Shown here one piece after another: positions 1-15,420 of a stretch of 64,000 nt of DNA; position 1 is the stretch's first letter, and every line of letters begins with the position of its first letter. The DNA lies in the NCBI RefSeq assembly GCF_009914755.1, contig NC_060947.1; one strand, written 5' to 3'. The notes under the pieces are model-generated. The model was not told where the DNA came from and made no database searches. It saw only the letters and a program-made list of their open reading frames with translations. The translations under genes were made by a program, and so were the position numbers. This stretch comes from the human T2T-CHM13v2.0 reference genome, Homo sapiens.

Positions 1-2044
<2,044 letters not shown>

Positions 2045-2254
2045 GAAATGCTATTCTGAGAAAAGTACTGCAAGTCTTTGAATGATAGGCTCAAATGCTG
2101 GTCAGTTTCTATATTACACTTTTTCTTCAGAGATACAGAAGTCCTCATTTTTCCTCATTCAAGAAAAGAGTATGTTAGAAATTTAATGTCAAAGATTTGA
2201 AGGGTTGGTTTAAAGTCCCTGGAAATACACCATGGCAAATTCTAAGTCGGGAAG

Positions 2255-3085
2255 ATATTTAAATGTGAAAAATAAAACCATAGATATGTAGAAGAACATA
2301 TAAGTGAATATTTTTACACTCTTGAAGGGCAGAAGGCATTTTTTTCTTAAAGACAAGAACTATAATGCAAGATATTGACAGATTCTGTTACACATAAATC
2401 CAAAACTTTTGCACAGCCCACTGAAACAACAAATTGCAAAAAATATTTTGCATCATACATGACGAAAGAGTTAATCATTTCAATGTAGAAAAGTTCTTAA
2501 AAATCTATAAGAAAAAGAAAAACGAGCAAAGAACATGAATGGAAAAGAGATCAAAAGTTAATAAAGATTTGAAAATATATTCAATCAAACTATTAATCAG
2601 AGAAATTTATTGTCCATTAGAATGGTGCAAACTTTCTGCAGGGTGATCTGGAGGAATGCATGAAGGATGCAAAGAGCTATCACAAGGAGAGCTTGTTTTT
2701 ATCAAGGTTTTTGCTACAGTCTTGTTTACAAAAACAACATATTAGAAATAATTGAAATATTTGTCAGTGGAATTTAGTTAACTATACTATTGGTGTATCC
2801 ATACCAATGAATATTACGGATGTGTTAAAAATGATAATGTAAATCTGTATTTACTGGCATTAAACGATGTCCTCAGCATATTACTGTGAGAAAATAAGGA
2901 TACAAAAACAATATGCATAAAATAATCTTTCTTTTTCATTAAAAAATGTTTCTTTGTACACGATAAAGAAACCTACACCTGCACCTACATCAAAATTTTA
3001 GTTATGGGTTTTCTAGTGTGGGATTATATGTGATTTTCTTAATTCTCTTTATATTTTTGCATTATCTGGAATTTTTAATGATAAT
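2255..3085 (+). mobile_element. Ancient L1M (L1ME-like) 3' fragment
   Basis: Degraded similarity to L1 ORF2 end and L1ME-type 3'UTR; A-rich strand bias. Confidence 0.55.
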
Positions 3086-3474
3086 GTTTGCTCTAGTTTA
3101 CTTAACAAACATTCTTATAGTAATTATATATGTCAGGTACTGTTCTAAGAACTTTATAAATATTAACTTATTTTCTTAAAACAGAAAAATATAAGTAATA
3201 AGGATTTGTGTGTGTGGGGTCGAGTGGAGGGGAGGGTCTTGGAAGCAAGAGGATGCTGGATAAAATGAGACTCATATAGAAGAAACCCACCAAGTTTCGA
3301 CTCAAAGCTATCTCCTTTTAATGACACAACAGGGTCAGCAGGTCATGGGAGCCCCATTCCTTTGCCTTTCTCTGATTCCTTTTAATGATGGGACAACTAA
3401 TTAGCCATTAAGGATTAGTCAAAGAGGGCTTAAGCAGAGGAGCCTGTTGAAGCTGAGAGAGAGGGGGCTTTCAG

Positions 3475-3600
3475 TTACACAGGCCTGGCTTTAATTCTGG
3501 GCTCCACTACTGTGTGATTTGGGGCAAGTTATTTCACTTTTCAGAATCTCAGTTTCCTCATCTGTAAGGTGGGGGAATAATTTTCATATCATAAGGCTGT
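3475..3600 (+). mobile_element. MIR SINE
   Basis: MIR core TGTGTGATTTGGGGCAAGTTATTTCAC...CTCAGTTTCCTCATCTGTAA. Confidence 0.8.
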
Positions 3601-4464
3601 ATATCTTTTAAATTTGAGCTCCCTTATTTCCCCCTCTTCTTTAAGGAGCTAGGAAAGCTAGCCTCCATCTTCCCTAGATCATTCCAACACCCTCTGGCCT
3701 GGGCCAGCTGGACCCCAGAACTTTGCCTCCCTCTCTGAGTCCCTAGGGGCCAAAGTCTTATATTCATTTGATTGTTAGGCTAACCCCAGATCAAGCTGCG
3801 AGGCAACTTTGGCTTATCTTCTGGGATCTGGAATGATTGATCTTTGGTCTTGGAGTTCTGAATGTTTTGCATTTCAAGTGTTTCTTGTCCTTTCTGCTAT
3901 ACCTGCCTTAGAAGCACCATTAGTATGCAGAGTATTTGATTACCATATAGGTAGAGTCTGCTTGATAATTTATTCTCTGGCCAAAAACACCTATGAGGAT
4001 GGATTCTTTTTGCAAATGACCAGCAAACTCCAAATATTTCTTTGTTCTCTTTCTCTAGCTCCAAACTTCTCAAGAATCTCTCCTTTTCCCAACTTCCCAC
4101 ATTTTTAACCTCTTCCTCTCTCTCCTACCTACCTTATTATCCCATACATTTGAACATAATACCAAGATTTGGGGCATACCTGAAAGGGCTCAGGGCCAGG
4201 GGCAAGATCATGCCATGGGTTTGGGTTGGCCTTATTCAAGAACTGCCTGGAGGCTTGGATTTAGTGATGGGAAAGAAGATTCTAGACTATCGTATATGGC
4301 AGGTCCCTTAGAAAGCACCATCTTTATCCTACTGATGTTAAGACTGAGGTCCTGAAACTAGCAAAGTCTTAATGAAGGTTATAGAAATTAATGGTGAAAA
4401 CGGACTGAGTCTCAGGTATACTGGTTCCAAATACAGCACGGAAAAATTTTTATCAGTGTCAGTT

Positions 4465-4590
4465 GTTCATTCATTTAACAAACATTTCTTGAACGTCTAT
4501 TTTTTGTCAGGTACAGGAAATACAGCAGTGACCAAGATAGACATTGTTCCTGTTCTCCCAGAGGTTACAGTCTGGTAGGGGAGACTGACT
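4465..4590 (-). mobile_element. L2 3' end
   Basis: CATTCATTTAACAAACATTTCTTGAACGTCTA...TTACAGTCTGGTAGGGGAGAC, reverse complement of the L2 tail. Confidence 0.7.
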
Positions 4591-5759
4591 TGGGTCACAA
4601 TAGAAGTAATACAGCATGGTGGATATAAGCATGGGCTTTAGGGCTGCCTTGCCCAATGCATATGCTAACTAGCTTGATTTAGACATTCCACAATGCATAC
4701 ATATGTTAAGACCATGTTGTAAGCCATAAATGTATACAATATTTATTGATTTTCAAAATAAATAATTAATTAAAAATAAATAAGAGTAACATGGATATAT
4801 TAATAGGGTTGTCAGGAGTATATAAAAATCACTTAGATTTTTATCTAGTGATAAAAATCTGGCACCTAGTAAGTGCTCAAAAGTGTTAGCTTGTACAGTA
4901 TCACCACTATAAAACCACACAGAGAAATGTGCTAAGAAGGAGAAGTGCTTTTTGAGTACCTAAAGTAGGCGTTCAGTGTTCTAACTGGAGCCATCAGAAG
5001 ATGACAGAGAGCAAGGGACTAGCAGGAACAAGGTCTGTTCAAGCTCCTTCCACCCCTGGCCTGTAGGAGCTGGGAAAGAACTCTGGCACCTGATCCACAG
5101 TCTAGACGACCTGGTTAGGGGCTTTCACCTCTCAGGCTCCAGTTGCCACAGCTATGGATGGAAGTCAAAGAAGCTTATTTCTGTGATTGCTGCCAGCTGA
5201 GTCAAGGAGAATTATCGTGGCCCAGGGTTATATGCAGTAGAGGAAACCACTACACTGATTTACTCTTTGAGTTGCCCATGGGCCATTCTTGTTCTTTCTT
5301 ATTTAATGAGCTCTCATAGAACATGGTGCTTTTCAAAGGATGCCTGTGAAAGGCTTTGCTAAGGCATAGTCTGCATTGCTTTCAACAATTATAATAAGTC
5401 TTGTTATTTCTCTACCTCTAGACTACCTCTGCAGCTGGTCTCATAAAGACAATTGGAATAGTAAATAAGCTCTCTCCCTTCCTTGAACCAACCTGGCATT
5501 TTTTTTCCTGCCCATTTTAGAGCTCTTGACACTGTCTCCATGAAATGCCCAGCTCACCTCCGAGACAATGTGAGGATAAGGACTCAGCTTCTGTACCTCG
5601 GAACCCCTCAAAGTGATTAACGCAGAACCTTGAAAAGACAAAGACCAAGATAACTGTGTGTGTATGTGTGATGGTTGAGCTTTATATGGTAATGATTTTT
5701 AAAGCAAGGGCCTTGACTACTTGCATCTGAATCTCCTAGGGGAGGGACTTGTTTGGAAA

Positions 5760-5885
5760 TGTAGATCTCAGGTCTCCTCGCCAGCTGTAGGAATTAGAAT
5801 CTTGCAGGAGGAGCAGGAGTCTGCATTTTGCCAGATACCTCAATTGATTTGGATGCATCCTATAGTCTGAAGACCACTGGGTTAG
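5760..5885. mobile_element. MER5-family hAT DNA transposon relic
   Basis: GAATTAGAATCT...CTGCATTTT...TGAAGACCACTGG resembles the MER5 consensus. Confidence 0.6.
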
Positions 5886-7209
5886 AAGTTGTAAGTATTT
5901 AGTTAACAGCTCAGTGGGACAGCAATTCATTTTGCCTGTTGTCAGCTAGAGAACTGAGTTTTAAGTGCTGTTCAGCACTAATGCACTCTGCTCCCAGAAT
6001 AAAATTTTGGAAAATATCTTTATCTGTCTTTCCAACCACAACAAATTACCTCCAGGTACTCTCTGCAGAGCTGACTTCTTAAAGCAAACTCTAGTATCAG
6101 ACCCCTTCCGAATGGCTTCAGTGAGTTATTTGGGTCATTCCAGCTTTGGGAAGAATTCCAATAAATCATCAGCAAAATTCCACATGCCATGAGGGGAAAG
6201 AGCAACTTCTTTTCTTATTTCCTGGCCTGGGTTTTTGGAAGCAACTCTCTCCTCTCTGTCCATGAGCATCCAGTAGGAATGCATTTGTTTGGAGGGTGTC
6301 CTAAGCCAGGCCCTCATTCATCACCACACCCTGCCTGGGATTCTTGCACCAGTGCCCTTGCTGGTCTCCCTGACTCCACACTGGTTCCTCATCTCCTCTT
6401 TGATGAGGTAAATGCTCCCACCAGACTAAAGTTCTCATGGTGCTTCTACCCTGGGCCACAAAGCCTCTCCTGCCTTTCCATTAATCACTTAGCACAGAAA
6501 GTCCAAGACCCTGGTTGCTGATTCTGGCATTGAAGGCCCCTGGTAACTTGGCCCTGTTATCCCTGGCTGTAATGTACATTTCCCTGTAAGCACCCTGTAC
6601 TCTAGTTCAGTGTTTCTCAAAGTGTGGTTCTGGGGCTGCTATCTTCAGAGTATCCTACAAGTGCTTCTGAATTTGACTTTGCACCATGGCATTCACACTA
6701 TCAGAGTTCTAAAAATATGCAAGTCCTGGCTACTCCAAAGCTTCCTCTCTTGCTAGACACTTATGGTGTATTTGCCAAAAAGGCTTCATCATATTTACAC
6801 AAACTTTAGGAAGCTTTATTTCAGTTGTACTGCCTCTACCTTTAATCTATTTTTCCTGACACCTTCAAGTGGAATCAGCTTATGGTCAATGGACCAGGGC
6901 TAGCTAAAGCTTAATATTTTATCCCAAATGGTCCCAGACTTCAATGTCAAGCCAGAGAGGCAAGTCCAATACACAGATAATATAGGAGAGCAGAGAATCT
7001 TAATTCAAGAAGATCAGCTGTAAATGTCAGAAGCAGGATTATATATAGAAAATGGAGAACAAAGTTAGAAGCCAGGATAAAACAGAACTGGAAGGGACAT
7101 ATTGGGAAACAATGAGGAAAGTTGCCAACATTAGAAGTCTACAGTGTTGGGTCACACTTGAGTCTCCTTCATGGACCATTAAGTTGGTGACTCTGAACAA
7201 GTCATCCCT

Positions 7210-7750
7210 CCTGACTTAGCACCTTTTAATGGCTTCCTACTCCCTACAGAATAAAGATCAGCACTCTTACTTATCCTTGCTCATAATGCACTGAACAGCA
7301 TGCTCCCTTCCTGCATATTCATCCTCATCTCCTTTCACTCTCTCTCTCTGTGACCCTATCAATCAGTCCGTCTGGCCTTACTAAGCTACTTGTAGTTCCT
7401 ATACAGAACCATGTTTTTCCATTCTCCAAGTCTTTTCAATGCTCTTTTCCCTGTCTGGATGCCATTGCTTCCTCTTGTCTGTCTTTTATTCCTGCTGCCA
7501 GACCTTTTTCTTGAATCTTTCCCTAACTCTCTCCATGGAAAAAACATTCTTTTTTCTCGGCCCATGGCATCCTTCTCCATCCTCCAATTAGTTTGGTGGT
7601 AGCTTTTTCTCTCTCTCCTCATAGGTTGTGAGCAGCTTGGAGACAGCCTAGTCCCAGGACCCTGAGCTTTGTCAGTATCTCCTGAAGCATTTACCTAGCC
7701 AGCGGCTTTGTATAGCATAGTCACTCAAGAGACACTTGTTGAATGAATCT
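7210..7750 (+). mobile_element. L2 fragment
   Basis: L2-type pyrimidine-rich body ending CACTTGTTGAATGAAT. Confidence 0.6.
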
Positions 7751-9419
7751 ATGCCTGAAAACTGTAAAAGTGAGATGAATTGAGATGAGACAAAAGCAGA
7801 CCAGATTAAACCAGACAAGATGAGATGTGATGCTAAGGAAGGTTAGGAGAACAGAAAGTGATGAAATATAAGGCCCTCAGCCTCCTTTCTCAGGGATGTA
7901 TGTGTCACTTCAAAAATGTTGCTTCTGCCTATGACTCTATCTGTGAAAGAGGCTCAACCAACTCTGCATGATCCCCCTACATCCTCAGGACTGGAATCTC
8001 AAGTGTGCTTCAGGGTGGAAGTGGGTTGACGGGGTTAAGAGAACCTTTGCAGTGGAAAAATATGCTCACGAATGCCTCACTGATGTGTCCCCTGCTTTCA
8101 AGAAGGTCCCCTAGATGGTCAGCCATCCTAATGACTGGCTCTTCCATCATTGATGGCTGTGTTGGTCACAGACACCAAGTCTCAGCTTTCATGTGGTGTT
8201 GGAACCATATCATGTCAGTCTACTAGTAAATGTCTTACCTTCTGTAACCTGAGAGTTGCGAAAATCCAACTGGTATTTCATAAAAGTCCTTTACAAGTTC
8301 CATGTTTGGAAGAAAATGGATTACAATGGCATATATAGGAGAAAAACAACAATTAAAAAAAAAAAAACTTGGCTATATGGGTGCTTGCTTTTTTTAAAAT
8401 CTTGACCAGTGACAATCTCACATGGCTTCAATGATCATCTGTATAGTATTCATTCCCAAATCCTTTTGGCAGCCCCAATATCTCTAAAGAGCTCCAACTG
8501 CCTGCTGAGCAGAAAATGCCACCCAAGGGTTTACCTATAACTCTCAAACTCAATGTACCCAAATTGAAACTCATTCTTCTCCTGTCTATCACATCTTCCT
8601 GACCAACCTTCCCCCCTTCCCTGAAATATCTTTATTTTCGTTGTAGTTAAATCAGCCTCAAAGCTGAATATTATCTTTTTTAAAAAATATTTATGGGGTA
8701 CATGAGATCTCCAAATCTCTCTATGCCTTATTCCCTACATGCAATTGGTAGACACCTCCTATCAATCTCACTTCCCTAATATCTCTCTTCTCAATTCTTG
8801 GTGCATGGCTATTGTGCAGATCTTATTGCCAATCACCTGAAATAATAATTTTGATTGCCAAGTCTTTGCTCAAAATCTTCAATTGTTATCTATGTCCTAG
8901 AATAAAATAGTCTTAATTCTTAGCTTCCACTCATAAGTGAGAACATGTGGTATTTGGTTTTGTTTCTTCGCTAATTTGCTTAGGATAATGGCCTCGAGCT
9001 GTATCCATGTAACTACAAAGGAAATAATTTTATTCTTTTTTGTGGCTGCCTAGTATTCCATGATGTATATGTACCACATTTTCTTTATCCAGTCTACTGT
9101 GGATAGGCACCTAGGTTGATTCCATATCTTTGCTATTGTGAATAGTGCTGCAATGAACATAAAGGTGATGTGTCTTTTTGGTAGAATGATTTATTTTATT
9201 CTGGGTAAATACCCAGTAATGGGATTGCTGGGTTGAAGGGTAGTTCTAGTTTAAGTTCTTTGAGAAATCACCAAATTGCTTTCCACAGTGGCTGAACTAA
9301 TTTATATTCCCCCTAACAGTTTATAAGCATTCCTTTTTCTCTGCAGTCTTGAGAGCATCTGTTGTTTTTATTGACTTTTTAATAATAGTCACTCTGACTG
9401 GTTTAAGATGATATTTCAC

Positions 9420-9569
9420 TTTTTTTTTGTCTGTTTTTTCTTCCTTTTTGTGGAGAACGGGGTCTCGCTATATTGCCCAGGCAGGTCTCGAACTCCTGGA
9501 CTCAAACTATCCTCCCGCCTCTGCCTCCCTAAGAGCTGGGATTACAGGCGTGAGCCACCGCACCTGGCC
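9420..9569 (-). pseudogene. BC200 (BCYRN1) RNA processed retropseudogene
   Basis: Reverse complement reads GGCCAGGTGCGGTGGCTCACGCCTGTAATCCCAGCTCTTAGGGAGG...GAGACCTGCCTGGGCAATATAGCGAGACCCCGTTCTCCACAAAAAGGAAGAAAAAACAGACAAAAAAAAA, with BC200-specific motifs absent from Alu/FLAM; TSD TAAGATGATATTT at 9404-9416 and 9570-9582. Confidence 0.9.
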
Positions 9570-9975
9570 TAAGATGATATTTAGTTGTGGTTTTGATTTG
9601 CATTTTGCATATCTCTAATGATTAGGGATGATGAGCATTTTTTCATGTTTGTTGGCTGTGTGTATGTCTTCTTTTGAGAAGTGTTTGTTCTTGTCTATTC
9701 CCCATTTTTAAATAGGGTTGTTTTTTGCTTATTCAATTGTTTCAGTTTCTTATAGACTCTGGATATTAGACCTTTGTCAGATGCATAGTTTACAAATATT
9801 ATTTCCCATTCTGTAGGTTTACTCTGTTGATAATTGCTTTTGCTGTGCAGAAGCTTTTTAATTAGGTCTCACTTGTCAATTTTTGATTTTGCTGCAATTG
9901 CTTTTGAGTAGTTAGTCATAAATCCTTCCCAAGGCTGATGTCCAAAATGTTATTTCCTAGATTTTCTTCTAGGAT

Positions 9976-10097
9976 TCTTTCTTTCTCCTTCCTTCCTTCC
10001 TTCCTTCCTTTCCTTCCTTCCTTCCTTTCTTTCTTCTCTTTCTCTTTCTTTCTTTCTTTCTCTTTCTTTCTTTTCTCTTTCTTTCTCTTTCTTTCTC

Positions 10098-10182
<85 letters not shown>

Positions 10183-10201
10183 TTTCTCTTTTTCTTTTTC
10201 C
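9976..10201 (+). repeat. Compound (CCTT)n/(CTTT)n polypyrimidine microsatellite, ~225 bp
   Basis: Directly visible; no purines on the + strand across the tract. Confidence 0.97.
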
Positions 10202-10493
10202 AGGATCTCCCTCTGCTGCTCAGGCTGGAGTGTAGTGGTATGATCATAGATCACTGCAGCCTGAAACTCCTGGGCTGAAGTGATCCTCCCACCTTAGAAT
10301 CCTGAGTAGCTGGGACTACGGGCACACATCACCACACCGGGCTAATCTTTTTTAAAATTATTATTATTATTTTTGTAGAGATGAGGTCTCATTCTGTTGC
10401 CCAGGCTGATCTCGAGCTCCTGGCTTCAAGCGATCCTCTCACTTTGACCTCCCAAAGTGCTGGGATTAGAGGCATGAGCCATTGTGCCTGGCC
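9980..10493 (-). mobile_element. AluJ with an expanded microsatellite tail
   Basis: Dimeric Alu ~10203-10493 with J-type bases; TSD TCTTCTAGGATTCTT at 9965-9979 and 10494-10508. Confidence 0.9.
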
Positions 10494-11232
10494 TCTTCTA
10501 GGATTCTTATAGTTTGAGCTCTTACATTTAAATCTTTAATCCATCTTAATTTTTGTAAATGGTGATAGATAGATAGATGGCCATATGTATTCTTCTGCAT
10601 ATGGCTAGACAGCTATCCCAGCACCATTTATTGAATAGGGATTCCTTTCCCCATTGCTTATGTTTGTTGACTTTGTTGAAGATCAGTTGGCTGTAGGTGT
10701 GTGGCTTTATTTCTGGGCTCTCTATTCTGTTTCATTAGTCTACGTGTCTGTTTTTGTATCAGTACCATGCTGTTTTGGTTACTGCAACCTTATAGTGTAG
10801 TTCAATATCAGGTAATGTGATTCCTTTGGCTTTGTTCTTTTTGGTTAGGATCATGTTAGTTATTTGGGCTCTTCTTTGGTTTCATGAATTTTAGAAAAGT
10901 TTTTCTAGTTCTGTGAAAAATGATGTTGATAGTTTGATAGGAATAATGTTGAGCTTGTAAATTGCTTTGGGCAGTATGGCCATTTTAATGATATTGATTC
11001 TTCCAATCTATGAGCATGGAATGTTTTTCCATTTGTTTGTGTCATCTCTGATTTATTTCAGCAGTGTTCTGTAGTCATCCTTTTAGAGATCTTTCACCTC
11101 CTTAGTTAGATGTATTCCTAGGTATTTTATTTTTTATGTGGATATTGTAAAGAAGATTATATTATTGATTTGGCTCTCCACTTGAATGTTATTGGTGTAT
11201 AGAAATGATACTGATTTTTGCACATTGATTTT

Positions 11233-11565
11233 TTTATTATACTTTAAGTTTTAGGTACATGTGAACAACATGCAGGTTAGTTACATATGTATACATGTGC
11301 CATGTTGGTGTGCTGCACCCATTAACTCATCATTAAACATTAGGTATATCTCCTAATGCTATCCCTCCCTGCTCCCCCCACCCCACAACAGGCCCCGGTG
11401 TGTGATGTTCCCCTTCCTGTGTCCATGTGTTCTCATTGTTCAATTCCCACCTATGAGTGAGAACATGTGGTGTTTGGTTTTTTTATCCTTGCGATAGTTT
11501 GCTGAGAATGATGGTTTCCAGCTTCATCCATGTCCCTACAAAGGACATGAACTCATCATTTTTTA
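11233..11565 (-). mobile_element. 5'-truncated younger L1PA 3' end (~330 bp) inserted in the older L1
   Basis: Antisense L1PA 3'UTR; TSD GCACATTGATTTT at 11220-11232 and 11566-11578. Confidence 0.9.
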
Positions 11566-11809
11566 GCACATTGATTTTGTATCCTGAAACTTTACTGAAG
11601 CTGTTTATCAGTTCTAGGAACCTTTTGTTGGAGTCTCTGGGGTTTTCTAGGTATAGAATTATATTGTCAGTGAAAAGAGATAGTTTGACTCCTTATTTTC
11701 CTACTTGGATGCTTTTCATTTCTTTCTCTTGCCTGATTGCTCTGGCTGGAACTTTCTCATTCAACTTTTTAAGAAAATATATTAAGCATCTATTATGTGT
11801 TATGCCTTG

Positions 11810-12150
11810 GGATTTTGCTTGTACTCCTCTTTCTGCCTGAAATGCCCTTCTCTCCATCTCCATATTTCCAACCCTATCAATTTCCAAGACCCAGATCAAA
11901 TGCCACCTCCTCCAAGAAACCTTCTCTGAACCCTCAGGTGTTCGTAATTCACCCCTCCTCAGAATGCCCATGGCACATTATCTGCACTGCTCATACAGCA
12001 TGCTTTACTTTCTGTTCGGTACCTATGTACACAGCTCTTCTCCACCACTGGATCAAAAGCAAGTTGAGAATGGGCTCAGTGTCTGTTTCCTTTATGTCAT
12101 CTCTGCTTTGCACATATTGGGCATTCAATAAATGCTGAATGAATCAGCGA
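11810..12150 (+). mobile_element. L2 3' end
   Basis: CAGATCAAATGCCACCTCCTCCAAGAAACCTTCTCTGA ... CATTCAATAAATGCTGAATGAAT. Confidence 0.75.
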
Positions 12151-13129
12151 ATAAATGAGGCTTGTCTCTTTGTTTTCGCAGCTATGACACAATAGAAGCA
12201 GGGAGTGGTGCTTGAGGAGGCAAGTGTGCTGAGAGCTGTGGTGGCTGATAGATTGGTTAGGAGGAAAATTACGGAAAATCTACACAAAGCTGAAACAAAA
12301 ATTCAGGAATTAATTTGAGACAATTGAAAACATGGACCAAATAGGTTCTGATGGCAGCTTTGTGTTACTGCCCAATGCATAAATTTTATTTCAGAATGAT
12401 GAATCTAGGGCATTGCAGAAAGGTAGGACTTGGAATATTACTCTGTTTAAACAGAAGGCAAGTTTGTAAGCCTTCTTGCAAGATTTCATCAAAAATGATT
12501 AAAATGGTTTTTAAAGCGTTCTTGGGTTAAAAGGGGTTATATTATGTGCAAAGTTCACATCTAAAAACACCTCATTTCCAGCAATGCTGGATAAGTGAAG
12601 CATTCTAATAGATTAAATTGTATATTTTGTATATTTAATTTCTCTATTCATTCCCTTCTGTTTACAGTATGTCCTGCGTCAGTGAAGGAAAAAGAGAAAG
12701 ATGCATTTTAATCCTCTAATTAAATGTTCAACCGTTACCCAGGTAGCCACAGGACAGTGTACTCAGCACATCTGCCAGAGCTGCTATCCATCAACCATCC
12801 TTTTCTAGGCAAAAATGTGATTATCTCTTGGAATGATGTCAACAATTTCTAACTGCAGAAAGTTGATCTGGTTTGATATTATTCACAAAGGGACATATTA
12901 CTGGAAACACGATGAACTAAAAAAAACCCTATATTCTGATTGTATTTTAGTTATGGATCAGAAATCAGTACTTGAAAATGCTGACCTTTCTTTCTTCTTT
13001 CCGGACATCAGAAGTTAAATTTAATTAATTAAATCTTTCTGTATTTAGTTAATACAATTAAGTTGTATTAATTGTGTTGATCATAAGTCTCCATTCATGG
13101 CACTTCATCAACCTCAGACCATGATGGGC

Positions 13130-13905
13130 CTTATTTATTTTTAAAGATCTAATAAGTACCTGTGAACCCACCATCCAGCCTAAGAACTATGAAGAACTCC
13201 CATCTGTCTATGTGCTCCTCCTCACTCCAGGTACCCTGCCTTTCTACTCCTGCGTGAGAGAAAACCATAATTGTGAATTTTCTGGTTACCATCCCGTTGC
13301 TTTTTAATATTTTCCTTTGCTTCTCTTGTAGTTTAATTCCATATGTATGTACTCCTAAACCAATACATTGTTTAATTTGGCTTATTGCATTTTAATAAGG
13401 ATATCAATGTCAAATAGTGTTCTGGAATTTGCTTCATATTGTTAGACTTTATGCTATATGTATCCTTGTTGTTTTTTGGTAACTGAAGGCCATTGTTTTT
13501 CACTGTTATAGAATATTGCAGTGTATAAATAATCATTTATCTTTTCTCCTATTGCTGGAAATAGAGGTTATTTACAGATTTTTTCTTTTTGTTTGTTTCT
13601 TGCTATTATAAACACTGCTGTTATGAATATTTTTACGCGTGTCTCCATGTGCACATATGCAAGAATTTTTCTTCTAAGTCTTGGCTATGCAAATTTTACA
13701 CTTTACCAGTAAATATCAAATTGTTTTCCAAAGTGGTTTGACCTATGTACACCAGCAATTTAGAACAAATTCTACTCTTAATGTTAGTTGTCAAATTTAT
13801 CGATCTTTCCTTTTATGGTTAGTGCTTATTTTTGTTCCTTGTTTAAGAAATTTTTCCTTACCCTAAGATCAGAAAAACATTTGCCTCTATTTTCATCTAA
13901 AATTC
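13130..13905 (-). mobile_element. Ancient L1M (L1MD/ME-like) 3' region, probably resuming at ~17425-17560
   Basis: Degraded antisense L1 3'UTR/ORF2-end similarity. Confidence 0.55.
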
Positions 13906-14652
13906 TTTGTTTTGTTTTCTTTGTGTGTATTTTTATTTTAGAATATTTATTTGACAAATAAAACTTGTATATATTCAAGGTGTACAGTGTGATGATTAGA
14001 TATACATTGTGTAATGATCACTACAATAAAATTAACAAACACATCCATAGCCACCCATGCTGTACATTGGAACCTCAGGACTTAAGCACCCTGTAACTGA
14101 AATTCTGTACCCTTTGACCAATATCTCCTGATTCCTCCAGCCCCTGGTAACTACCTTTCTACTCTCTGCTTTCATGCGGTTGACATTTTTAGATTCTACA
14201 TATGAATGAGATCATACAGTGTTTGCCTTTCTGTGCCTGCCTTATTGCACTTAGCATAATGTCCTCCAGGTTCACCCATGTTGTCCCAAATTACATAATG
14301 TCCTTCTTTCTTTGGCCGAATTATCTTCTGTTGCATATATATGCATACTAAATTAATGAAATCATTCTGTTTAATTAATATAATTAAGTTGTATGAATTG
14401 TGTCAATCATATGTCTCTTCTCATGGCACTTCATCATCCTCAGACCATGACAGGCTTTATTTATTTTTAAAAACATAATAAGTACCACCATCCAACCTAA
14501 GAACTAGCTAAGAACTATGAAGAATTCCCATCTATAATATATGTATATAACATTTTCTCCATTCATTCATCAATGGACACCTGGGCTGTTTTCATATCTT
14601 GGCTACTGTGAATAATGCTGCAGTGAATATGGTGATGCAGATATCTCTTTGA

Positions 14653-15045
<393 letters not shown>

Positions 15046-15420
15046 TAAGTTCTTTGGAAACTTCCATATCGTTTTTCATAACAGCTGTACCAATTTATAT
15101 TCTCACCAACAGTGCCCAAAGATTCCCTTTTCTCCACACCCTTACCAACAATTGTTATCTCTTGTCTTTTTAATGATAGCTATCCTAACAGTTGTAAGGT
15201 GAAATCTCGTGGCTTTGATTTGCATTACCCTGATGATTAGTGATGTCGAGCATTTTTTTCATGTACCTGTTAGCCATTTGTACATCTTTCTTTGAGAAAT
15301 GTCTATTCAGATCTTTTGTCCTTTTTAAAATCAGATTATTTATTTATTTATTTTTGCTATTGAATTGTGTGAATTCTTTCTCTCTCCCTCTTTATTTCCA
15401 TATTATATATATGTATGTAT

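Larger units (their letters stand above)
8915..11755 (-). mobile_element. Old primate L1 (L1PA15-16/L1PB-like) hosting three nested insertions
   Basis: Continuous antisense L1 ORF2/3'UTR similarity, interrupted by the BC200 copy, an AluJ and a younger L1PA, each with a TSD. Confidence 0.85.

Noticed and set aside
9916-10254. K/E/R-rich and F/L/S-rich ORFs
   Set aside because: Translations of the CTTT/CCTT microsatellite, not proteins
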